DNA of 64,000 nt from contig CM120642.1 of NCBI GenBank assembly GCA_051362555.1, positions 3,658,001 to 3,722,000 on the forward strand, in the 5' to 3' direction. This stretch comes from Lingula anatina (lineage: Eukaryota; Animalia; Brachiopoda). A model generated the notes under the pieces. It was given only the letters and a program-made list of their open reading frames with translations, did not search any database and was not told the origin of the DNA. Position numbers and translations under genes: made by a program. Positions 12,441-24,226 of this stretch are shown here, piece after piece (the stretch's first letter is position 1; each line of letters starts with the position of its first letter).

Positions 12441-15400
12441 GATGCACAGAAAAAAAACCTTCACAAAAGTCACTCGACCCTTAATTTTCACCTCGTTACC
12501 TATAAACCAACAGCATAGACCAAGTGGCAAAACTAACCCTACATTTAGTTTGTTTTTGTATTAAGGAACTGTGACATACGTTGTAACATAAGTTGTTGTA
12601 GATCAGCGCTTTCTCACAATATAAGAGCATCTATATATATTTCTTTTAGTTTTGTAAATTAAGAAATATAAAACAACTTCAAACAGAATGACCAGGCGTG
12701 CTCGACTGACCCAACCGCCTCTGCATTCGGGTACCTGTATAAGTTCACGTGTAGTAACTGGTCATTGAAAACTGATTTCAGGTATCGCTGTTTCGGCGTG
12801 AAATGCTCACAGTGTCTGCTCAATATTATAACCCGTTCAAAAGTTGATTGCCTTAATCAAACAGAGAGTCGTTGCAATTACTGAAAGCAACGCGTCCACC
12901 GCTAACTGCAAATTTGTTCCACCTCTTGATTATCGACAGCTGTCAGATTTGTTTGGAAATTAATCAATCTTGTTACATAAGTCGATAATGAAAACACGCG
13001 TTTTGAACATCCATCCATCCATGGATGTGTTACGGCATATGTTAATGTAGAAGGCCACGCCAGTTATGAATAGCGCAACATCACGTAACGTCAAACTATA
13101 TATTGGTTACAGGTTATGAAGCAGTTGGTCCGATCTTGCGGTTTTGTTATTTTCAGCAGCTGAATCAATTATTGTGCACGGGCATTACATTATACCATTA
13201 GATAAAGGACACCACAGTCAATCAACCTTGTCAGTGTTTTCTCCGCTGTGTCTTCTATGAAGAAGTTCTTGTGAGATTACAGTGACTGGATCTCGATTCC
13301 CAAAGGTCGAAGTATTGTAGGTCGCTCAATTCCCAAAGCATTAAGGATTATCCATTTCTTAAGTTCTCACATTCCGCCCCATCTTTCCATTGTCTTAATT
13401 ACCAGTGATTGGCATGCACGTGCGTTCTTTTATTTATTTTTCAGTCTCTTCAAAGGATACGGCGATGTTGATGTTATTTCAAACAAGTTCTGTCCGTTCA
13501 AAGAAGAAAAATCAGAACGATGTTCATATGTTTAGCCATAATAACGCTTGTATTAACATGTAACGTTTCTGGAATCTGTAAGCGAGAACATATGGTTTTT
13601 CTTGCTTCAACGCTTAGGCGTCAAACGAAACCGTGTGCTCTAGGAAAACTGTGCACTGAACGTAACAACTAATAAAGTATTGATTTCCGCTGTGTTTAAC
13701 AACAAATAAGCCCACCCCTTTTGAACCTAGAGGCAGATTTGGCAACCAAATGTTGGGATAGTCTCCTTTGATATATACACAACACCCAAGCGTTTTTTCC
13801 AAAGATATAACTTTGGTAATCTATAATGTTTTCTTCGTGCACTTATAATGGAGAAAATCCTGCTGCGATGGGCTGGAAATATGATTTTCGAATGAATTGC
13901 CTGAAGAAACTTACAAAGCAATCCAAACAGAATCCGAGACACCAATTTAGATCCTGAAGTTGCTCATCAAAACAGAGCAAATTATCTCGACTTTTCTTAG
14001 AAATTCACCTCATGTTCGAAAGGACAATTGGTTAGCTTGTCATTTCCTCTTTACTCTTTTCTTTGTGACATTTGTAGAAATATCCCAAATGCTAGACATA
14101 GCCAAGTTGGCGGTCCTTGATGTTTATAGAAATCCAAAAATACCATACACCTGGAGGCTTTGATTGTATATAATTGATGCAACGAACCTAAAGCATAAAA
14201 ACTTAACAGGAGGCAATTGGAACAGCGTGTAACGTCAAATGCCTTGTACTCTTGCACAAAACCTCTCCATTTTCCAAAGATATCAATCATTAAGTACTCA
14301 CAGAGTTCACATTTTATCCCTAAAGAAGACAACAGGAAGCAGATTCTCTAGGTCTTGAAAAAAGTTGCTGTCGAATTAAACAGTGGGTGTACGGATTTAC
14401 ATCGACCGTCCCATTACAAACTGGAATCATCTTCGATGAAATCATGAAGTACGAGTTAAGCTGAGTGTGAGCAGATCACATACTGTTTTATCTCATCGCT
14501 CAGAAAGGTGTGTTTTGACATTCCTCCCCAATGTAAACAGTTCAATAAACAGTTTAAAAAGCCCGTCAATAAAATAACGCAGGTCGATAATAATCCTAGA
14601 CCATCTAGTATTTGAATATTGTGTTCAGATCCTCCTTATTATTACCGATGTTTCCATTTCGCAGACAAAACTACTCACGCATCCCACTTGACGATCCTCT
14701 AGAGATACCCACGTGTTGACAAATCTGTAGCTCTTCAATTAATGCCACTTATGGCAGGCAATATCTAAAGTAATAATGTGGAATTAAACCTTGGTCCATT
14801 GTTATGCACCTGCATTCAACTTGAAGTTGACTTTTGAGTCGACCAAATCATAAAAAAATCATTATTTCACCACAGTTTAATCTCTTTATATATTCATTTC
14901 GTACTGCGGTATATCCGGAAAGCAATTTTGAATGCTTTGACACCATCTACAGAGTGCGATAGTCCGCTTAGTTGTAACTCTTCTCGCGAGATTATTCAGT
15001 ATTTATACAGGTATGATGACGCAGTCAGCTGACAGTTTACCTGCCATTAATGCAAACAATAACTCCAGTTGTTTACCTGAAGCACGTAGCGAGATGCTAC
15101 TAGCTGGCAATAAATGACGGAACTATTTTTCTACAATGGAACAAGAAATCCCTTTAAAATTCTGACAAACTCATGAAGTCATCTTATTGACAACGGTTGA
15201 AACCCGTCAATAAACAGTCCAGAAATAGAGTCCGTTCGCCGAGTGTAGGTCTTCCACGCGACACTAATCTCCCAAGTATGACGTTTGCGTAAGTCTCTTT
15301 AATGCCTAATATGATGGAGAAAATTTTCAATAAGATTAAGATTACACTATTATTACAAAAATCAACTAAATAAGAACTTTATATCTTCTCAAAGCATTCT

Positions 15401-16759
15401 ACCGTGATTTTCAAGCGAAGTTTATTTTTAGATTTTCTGACATTGAATCCATATAAATGGTACATCAATTATAATAAAAAAATGCAGAGTATGAATTAAA
15501 TTTGTTTGAGGTTCATTGATAATACTTTTCAAATAATGTATGTACTTACATGTCCTTGGTGTTTTCCTTACCGAGTAAGACGTCTGTGCGATGGTCAAAC
15601 TATTTAGCTTAACATGTGCCGTGGAGAGAAACTTGAAACAAAATGTGAAACACGAAAGCCTCCATGCCGGATTGACGCATGTCCTTTTATGGGAAAAAAT
15701 CTTGTAAATCTGTGCCAACTCCGTTTCACGTACTGCACACTTATATGTCACCAACGTCAGTGTAAACGCGTCACTTTGATTTTTTATCTCCTTCCATGAG
15801 ATACCTCGACTCTAAAACCTCACTAGACTGAGTCTGATGCTAAATCACGCATTTATCCCACGGTGCTTGCCTGGTCAGTTTCTGTGTCCGAACTAATGCA
15901 TTACAGCAAGCGTTCGCTGGTGAGCTCTTCTTACAACGTAATAGCTTACGCAGGCAGCCGTCTTTTGAGTGAAGTAATTTTTTGTAATATCAAATGTTGA
16001 AACGTATGGTACATTAATTACAGGTATGCATAGTATTTCGATTTTATAAGTTGTTGGGCTTACAGGCATAGTGCTTGGGGCAAAAACCCCTATTGAAACT
16101 AAAGGTCATGCTTGTTACTGTTATCTCACTTGCCAAAACCAGCTTCATTCTTTTTAGATAATTTTTTTGCAATGTGTGCAGGATTCGGATTAAATATTGA
16201 AATTCTGCATTTTTCATTTTATAAACAGCGTTTGTTTGGAATCATCTCTTTATGTTTCTTATTTTTCATATTATTAAAAGTTGTTTTAAAATATCATCTC
16301 AATTCATGAAAAATATATTAATGGAATAAAAAAAGTTATCGTTTCCCCGCTGGCTTCATGATTACTGACACTGTGTACTATTATATTGCTCTATCACGTA
16401 TTGATCTTTGCGTACTTTGTGATTGAAACTTGAAATGATTGATGTAATAGGTTTATATCAACCGATTGATGATGATGGGGTGTTATAACGTGTTGATGTT
16501 TATAAATACACAATAATAGTATTGTACAGTTGTGTAACTGAAGATGAAAAGATGTACTGTTCCGTATAGTATGGAAATACTATAAGTGATGGGATTTTTT
16601 TGTTGTTTAAATTCAGTATTTTCACTGTAAGTCTCAAGCAAGTCAATGTTTATAAGGCTAATGTAAGTAAGCATGAAAAGAATATTATGCCGAGATATTG
16701 AAAGATGTATAAAAATCCTGCAGAACATGCAGTCTCATTGCTACATTACCAAGTCGAAA

Positions 16760-16798
16760 GGGAACGTAGATCAGTGGTAGAGCCCACGCTTTGCACGC
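16760..16798 (+). pseudogene. 5'-half tRNA-Ala(TGC)-like relic (tRNA pseudogene or SINE-head fragment)
   Basis: gggaacgtagatcagtggtagagcccacgctttgcac resembles the 5' acceptor strand, D-arm and anticodon loop of tRNA-Ala; no T-arm or B box follows. Confidence 0.6.
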
Positions 16799-18141
16799 AC
16801 ATCTTCAACCAATTCTGTTTATTTTAACATTGAAAAGAAACGGTTGTTAATATGTGTTGGCCCACATAAAAATCATAGAATATTTTAATAACTTCACTTG
16901 CACTGAAATGCTCCACTTAAGCAGTGCGAGATTGCTGGGACCAAATTTTACCTCAAATTGCCACTCTTTTTTTTATGTTTTATTGCATTTCCGCTTGGTC
17001 TATAGCACAAATAGAAGAGGGTTTAATGACCTTCGTGTTTTCAATGTATTTCTACAATTATATCCAGTCTGATCAATCAAAGTTTGTAGGTGACACATGG
17101 AAACAACTGGTATGTGTCACAACCTAAAGAATTTATGGGTATTGTAAGGCAATATTTAATGCAACTACGGGAAGGGTTTCAAGGGAGAACAGTTTCACAC
17201 AGGTTTTTTCAAACCCTAAATAAGCTGAAATATTCTATTAGGATCCCTTTCAACATAAAAATGTTATCCTCCAAACATATTTAAATACAAAATGTTATCT
17301 TTCGGAGCAAACTTTCAGTTAACAGTCACCTTATTATACATGTGCTTATTCCTCTCATCTATTTACAGTGTAGATACTTTTTAAACAATATACATATGAA
17401 AAATAAAATGTTAATCCAAATTCCTCTCTCTAAGACATTCAATCAAAAATAAAACTCATCTTGTGCACATTGTAACCACTTTTTACCAACACCCACACAA
17501 AAATCAATAAATCATGTTTTTGCATGCCAATTTTCAAAAACTCAAAAACCCACTTGTAGTGGTTTTAATAATTGTTTGGTCAATAATTGAACCATTTTGG
17601 CAGTAAAAAAAATACGCAATTCATTTCAGCTTAGCTATTTTGTTTACTATTAATTTGCAAAATCTCGGTTGAACAAACAGGAGTAATTTTTCAACAATCT
17701 TGGGTATATTTTATGTAAAAAATCCCATTTGTAGATTTAACTACTATATTCAAATGTATTAGTAAGAACAGACTTTATGGCGGTTTAATTAAAATGGCAT
17801 TAATGTTTTACCTATCTACTATTGTCGTTATGGTTCAAATGTACATCAAATCTCAACTTTTAAAAATGACATTTTCCCTGCGTTTACATATAATTATAAA
17901 ACTTTAAAAAAATCGTTATAAAGACAGTAAAGTTTTTACAACATTTAGGCCAGCCTAGAACATAGAAATGTCCTGCATTTCGCAAATTTTGTTGTCTTGG
18001 AGTACGTACGCAGTGCACTTATAAATTGCCTATTCGCAAAATCATGTTTTAAAAGTCATGCAGTAAGTAGGCCTATTGTTGCAGCTTTTTGACCTCTCAA
18101 ATCACTGTTCACGTGTCTTCTTGTATTGTCACGAAAACTAT

Positions 18142-21100
18142 TTATCTGCAGGTCACGCCGACATCCTCACTATGGCTGCAGTCATTGGTGCCCCAACCCC
18201 TGTGACTGCAAAGCTCTAATCTAGCCTCCGTGCCTCGGCAGCCGACGTCATCCAACCAAATTGGTCCGCTGCCCCTTCCGTAGCGTGCAGAGGTCTGAAC
18301 TGTCACTCTGCCGTATGGGAGGCCTAGTTGTCTACAGACCACTCTGGCGTCTACGGTACTGAAGCTGTCGTCACACACGGTCCCCCATCGGCCGTTGTGG
18401 AAGATTTCAACTCGCCCCTGGTAGGATGCTCTGCCACCGACCAGACGGATAACTGCAGGGTAAAATTCAAGTTTTTAAGTTCCAAATACATAAGCCTTAT
18501 TTAAATTACAACAATTTGATATCACTGAGTTATAAACAATAAATACTACAGTACCATACTCGGGTTAGAAAAAGAGGTGAACTGATAAACTAAGTCAATG
18601 AACGCAAAGGTACCAGGCTAATTTATCTCAACTGGAAATTATTCCACTTTGTATAAATTGCGGAACTTATTTCTTTGCAAATATGCTCAGTTATGACAAA
18701 TAGATGTAAACAAGGTTAAATTTCTTACGAAAAGGCAACTCACGTCGAGTTGACCCTGATCCACTATCTCCTTTGAGGCCCTTTGGTCCAGTTGCCCCTC
18801 TTGGACCAGGAGGTCCCCTAGGCCCCGGTGACCCACGCAAACCTTTAAGACCACGGGTACCAGGCTGACCTGTCTGTCCTTTGGCCCCAGTACTGCCCCT
18901 GGCTCCTGCAGAACCCTTAATTCCTTTAGGACCAGGCATTCCACGTGGTCCTTGATTCCCCTTCGAACCATTTGCCCCTTTCAAACCTCTAGGACCGGGG
19001 GCTCCTTTTGCTCCTTTTAGCCCTGCTGCTCCTGACAGCCCGCGAGGCCCCGGGCTCCCTTTCAACCCTACTGCACCTGGGAGGCCTTTTGGTCCGGTAG
19101 GACCACGGGGTCCAAGACCTCCTTTTGCACCGGTTGAACCATTGGGTCCTCTCGCTCCTGGAGCCCCCTTTGTTCCCTGTGGACCCCGTGGACCTTGTGG
19201 TCCTCTAGGGCCCTGTATTCCAGGTGTCCCTTTCAGGCCTCGGGGACCAGGAGAACCGTTTTGACCTTTCTGGCCTTTTGGGCCTCTGGCACCAGGAGTC
19301 CCTGCCTGGCCTGGAGCGCCTGCAACTCCGCGTTCACCCTTTAGTCCTGCTGACCCTTGCTGCCCTTTAACGCCCTTTGATCCTTTGGCACCTGCAGGTC
19401 CTGGGCGCCCTGGGATTCCGTTTGGTCCGATTGGACCCGTTTCGCCTTTCATTCCCCGTCTACCAGGAGGTCCAGCCTCTCCTTTGATGCCCTTGCTCAT
19501 CGTACCAGACCTCCCAGTTTGCCCTTTGGGGCCTTGCGGTCCCATGGCTCCTTTGACCCCCTTCATCCCTTTGTTACCTTGATTACCTTTTGGACCTGCG
19601 GGCCCTGGGATACCTCGTTCCCCTTTCTGTCCTCTAGTTCCTCTAATGCCGGGCTCACCCTTTATCCCCGGCAATCCAATATCTCCAGTGTCTCCTTTTG
19701 ATCCTTTTGAACCTGGCACCCCATTTGGACCATGTACACCTGGCAAACCTGTCGGTCCTCTCGATCCGGCGTCACCTTTTACACCCTGTGCTCCTGGCAG
19801 GCCAGTTAATCCAGGTAACCCTCGCTGTCCTTTTATTCCTTGACCACCGATCTCTCCCTTATCACCTTTTAGTCCAGGACTACCGGCTTCTCCACGGGGT
19901 CCACCCGGCCCAGTGCCACCCGGTGGCCCCTCACCACCCTTATCTCCGCGGTTACCCTTTGGCCCTGGCTTCCCGCGGCTTCCCTTCGGACCAGGTTGTC
20001 CTGGTGAACCCGGGGTACCACGTTCCCCTCCGGAACCCTTGGGTCCGTTAAATCCAGGAGAACCTGGAATTCCAGGAGCCCCTCGCAGACCCGGTGACCC
20101 CTGGGGTCCCGTCTCTCCATTGTTACCATGAAGACCAGGGTCCCCTCGGGGGCCTCTGTCCCCCTTTGGACCTTTTGTACCTGGTTGACCAGGGAGACCT
20201 GTATTGCCTGGAGGACCGGGAGGACCTACATGATATAAAGAGACATTGGCTTAAGTGGATTGTTATTGATTTCTCTCCTGTTGTGGTAGACTTAGTTTAT
20301 GGACATGGAATTAAAAAAAACAACACAAATTTTTACCTCCTTTTCGTTATAAGATAGAGGCCTTAAATAAAATGGTAGATTTTAAGATTGTTATTATTCA
20401 ACAGACATTTTAAAAGTTCAAGAAGGGGTAGAGATTGAAGGCTGGACTTTAAACAGGCATTTCCATATCTTCATTCATATATTTTATTAGCAGCAAATTT
20501 CTAAATTTTGCTTAATTTTTTTAGTGGACAATAAAAACAAGTTAAGTCAAATCAAATTTCAAAAATATTGATAGATTTATTGGCCCACAAACGTCTATTT
20601 CCCCCCTGCTAAAACATATCATCTTTCCGTATGGATGAGTTCAGATAAAAAAAAAAAACAAAAATGAAATACCATGTTGTGGTTGTACATGTGTATTATG
20701 TATTACTGCAGAGGTAAAGCTTAAGAATCATAATGATGTTTTTGTAACAGTTACGGCTATAGTGATTTCCAAAATCGTACATTTTACAAAATTATCTGGT
20801 ATTTTTTAGAGCATCTATACTTCTTTTCTTTTCTGCTGTACGTGACATATTTTAACATAACTTCCTTGAACACGTTAGGCATAAATATTGAAATTTACTT
20901 TAAAAGCTGCCAATGAGTCCTTTTCTTCTTACCTTGAATGGGCGGTAGTGACGTCTCGTTTATGCGAGAAACCGTTAATTGCAACTCATTGTTTGTGGCC
21001 TCCACTTTACTTATTCTCTCTTCTAGGATTTTTTTCTCTTCTCGGAATTCATGAAGAGTTCTTTTGATTCCCTACAAAATCAGAGAAGTGCTCAGAGAGT

Positions 21101-22349
21101 GCATATCACCGCTGAGACGTCCAGCGCAGTTCTCTTCATCAATGAAGCAATTTACTTCACCGTGTGTATTTTTCTGATGATATATACCAATTAGTATCTA
21201 CTGGATTCTAAGTTCTAAAAAAATTTCATCATGTCAGAAGTTCTAAGATAATTTATCAAAAAAAAGAAAAAAAAAATCCGTCCATATTTTTTACGTAGAT
21301 TAACAAACCAATGCACTACAAGCAAAAGCAACAGCTTAAGCAGGGAACTAGAGGGAACTATTCTTTTGAGTTCTCAAAAGTAACCTCTGCCAAGTAGGTT
21401 ATGTTTCCGCCTCCGCTTGTCTGTTTGTCATGGATATTTTTTTAATGAAATTTTGAGGATAGTTCAGAAATGGGTATATTTAAAAATGATCAGGTGTCGG
21501 TGGTGATTCGGATCACCAGCTGGATTAAGGAATTTTACAAAGGATTTCTCAGCATTGCGAGATAGTGTAACGACGTGCTAAGTCGTAGGCCTGTTGCGTT
21601 AGTTGAGATTACTTTGCAATCACACCGGTAGATGTCTCTGTGGTTTAAATAAAGTCTGGTGTTCCGCTCTGAATGGACACGTAACGGCGCGTGAACTAGT
21701 CTGATTGGTAATAAAGATGGGACTCTTAATAAATAGTCCCATTAAATAAAATGCTCTCTGAAGCTGTCTGCACTCTTAGTTCCGAGATTCAAACTACTTC
21801 ACACTCAGCTTGTTGTTGAAGATATCTACATAAGCAAGTCATGTATTGTAAGGTAGGCCTACACTTCTCAACAGCCGCGTTACAATAGGGCCAACCTAGC
21901 ATATTTTTTGCTTATCACTCCACAGATGATGTAGTTATCGGTGAAATTTCAATAATTCAGAAAATGAGAATTAAGTTTATTAATTAACTGATAAATAAAA
22001 CATGTAAATAATGAAAATAGTGACTTGGTGGAGGTCTGCGCTCTCTGAGTATAATATAATATAAATATAATATAATATAAATATATTATACATATAATAT
22101 AAATACTTGTTTAGTTTTTTTAGATCAACGCAGAAAAATTAAACAATTTTCTCTCTTTCACATCCTCTCTCTTTTTCTTGCTTATAGATCAGGAACGAGG
22201 CAACAAAATGGCAATTTCATATAAACCGATAATTTAGAAATTCATAAACAGGACCTATTGACTAATGCTGTTAACAATCAATGCAATACTTCCAGTTGTG
22301 CATTGTGCCTAGGCGGTTTTAGACTCTGCCGGAATAGGGTTTGGCGTGT

Positions 22350-22392
<43 letters not shown>

Positions 22393-23968
22393 GTATGAGA
22401 GGCCATTTCCAGACCCTGTTGTACTAACTTTGGATTGACATATCACCGAGGGGATTCTCGCTTAATTGCAATTAACTTGAGCAGCTTAAATGTCTGTCAC
22501 GCCTGCTGAGGCTGACAGGGGGTAATAAACTATCGTTTTGCAGCTTTAGTGGGCGTCCCAGACGTCTAAGCCGCTTGGGCTGAGAGCAATTTATTGAGGG
22601 ACCTCGTGGAGATGGACCGATCCTGTTAGATCGACCCATCTGGATCGATCTAAATCCCTGGGGAGTCTCACTAAATTGTTGTCAACTTACCGACTTAAAT
22701 GTCTGGCACGCCTACCGAATCAGCTAGGTGGTAGAGATAATTACCCCCTAACAGCTTTGCTAACCGTGACAGACATTTAAGCCCGTCAAGTTGACAGCAC
22801 TTTAGTGAGACTCCCAAGGGAGATAGATCGATCCAAATATCTGTCGGAATGGACCCTATGTCACGAGTTCAATGACGACCTAAAGCTGGTGCTGTTTGAT
22901 AAATCCGGATTCTAATGTAAAGAAGCGCTGCTGAAATTAAATGAAGGAAGAAAACAATAGGCCACATACTGCGAGCGGCCAAGTTTCAATGTGAAAACAC
23001 TGCATGTGGAGGTTTAAATGCCCTTGGTGTCAGAGTCAATTTAATAAGATCCTGGAGGTTTATTTTTCATTTACAACAAGTTTCTGTACTGCTGTTAAAT
23101 TTAGAACAGACTTGGGGGTAGGAAAATCTTGGGTATGGAGCCAATAAAAGCAGGATTTCAGTTTAAAAGCGTCTCCTAAAATTAAGGTGAGGGAAGGGGG
23201 GAGGCGGGGGTAGCATTACGTCGATTGCAGATGCGTTTGCACACATGGCTTTCTAAGAACCCCCTCCCCACCCCCTCCTTTTCCCCGGCAGTCGGTATCA
23301 GTAGTTTTACCATTAAGAATGGCAGTCTTAGGGTGCATACCCAGAGATTTAGATCGATCCAGAGATTTAGATTTAGATTGACCTGACTTGCAGTCAGCCG
23401 AGCGTGCACCGTAGTTAATTGCCCCCTTACAGCTTTTAGTAGGCTATTATTTTATTTTTTAAGAAAAGCGTGGTATGAATTTTGTGTGAGTAATAACAAT
23501 GAACATCCTGTTAAGATCTTCTCAATCTGTTCAATTTTCATGTCTTTCCTTCATCACGTAAAATTTTACTTGCTTCAGATTTACCCCAAACACCATTTAC
23601 TGACATTTCATGAATCTTTCGACTTTTAACGAAAAATACGTATTTTTGCATTTAAATAAAATTGTAAAATAAAATATTTCAATAATTTCAGTAGCAGTTA
23701 GCATGAAAGATAACTAAGAGGTGTAAAGTATTGTCAAATAATCGTCATCCATGTAACACTTTTCGAATTACAAACAATTTCTCACCAGAATTTCAGCTTC
23801 AGAAAACGCTTCTCTTTCCTGGGCAAGTAGGAGATTCCATCGATGATCTGCTCCTTCCACGAAATCGTCTCTTTCAGAATGCATTACCTCATATTCCGTC
23901 GTTGGCTGACTTTGAACAAAGTGGATAATAACTAATAAAATGAAAAATTTTGAACCGATTATATTCAT
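18142..23968 (-). CDS. Gene A1: secreted long-collagen + SRCR protein (MARCO/SR-A-like), 704 aa; exons 23968-23786, 21071-20933, 20225-18744, 18452-18142
   Basis: All four exons have AG/GT borders with matching phases (0,1,1) and sum to 2115 nt. Signal-like [20 protein letters not shown], heptad exon, 1482-nt Gly-X-Y exon, 6-Cys group-A SRCR ([17 protein letters not shown]...EDVGVTCR). Confidence 0.9.
21381..22050 (+). mobile_element. Helentron-associated (HINE/DINE-like) non-autonomous element in A1 intron 1
   Basis: 5' taacctctgccaagtaggttatg followed by a gtct-like tract; 3' inverted subterminal repeat cttggtggagg followed by hairpin-like gcgctctctgagt. Confidence 0.65.
22396..22858. mobile_element. 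Foldback/MITE-like insertion made of two related palindromic units
   Basis: ~22638-22710 is an imperfect inverted repeat of ~22765-22838; a more diverged unit lies at ~22448-22615; the block is absent at the paralogous site in A2 (~41930-41961). Confidence 0.65.
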
Positions 23969-24226
23969 ATTTTCTTTTTGAAGTAAATAACTTTTTAAAA
24001 AACGATTGACTGAATCCCCGCGCACTGTGTTGAAATATATATCGAAATAACGGAAATTTTGACTCTCACATGACGGATGTTCAAAGGTCATTTTTGCCAG
24101 TTATTTATCTTGTTGCTCATTATATGCTTCCTTCTACAACATGTCAGGTCTTTTTAGCACAAAAGGAGTTAATCCTATATTATATTTTTTTAAAAGTTTT
24201 TTGGCAGCAGTCGCTGACAGTCTTAA

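Noticed and set aside
11400-12564. Plus-strand ORFs of 71-155 aa over the GPCR
   Set aside because: Antisense shadows of the GPCR frame with no motifs.
13300-15300. Coding-like stretch with weak LINE-like words (GCCVYIK, KAFDV, CFDTI)
   Set aside because: The words lie on both strands amid many stops; no consistent element could be reconstructed.
19385-20357. Pro/Gly-rich plus-strand and alternative-frame ORFs over the collagen exons (also 38138-39418, 30341-30604, 45455-45734)
   Set aside because: Artefacts of Gly-Pro codon periodicity.
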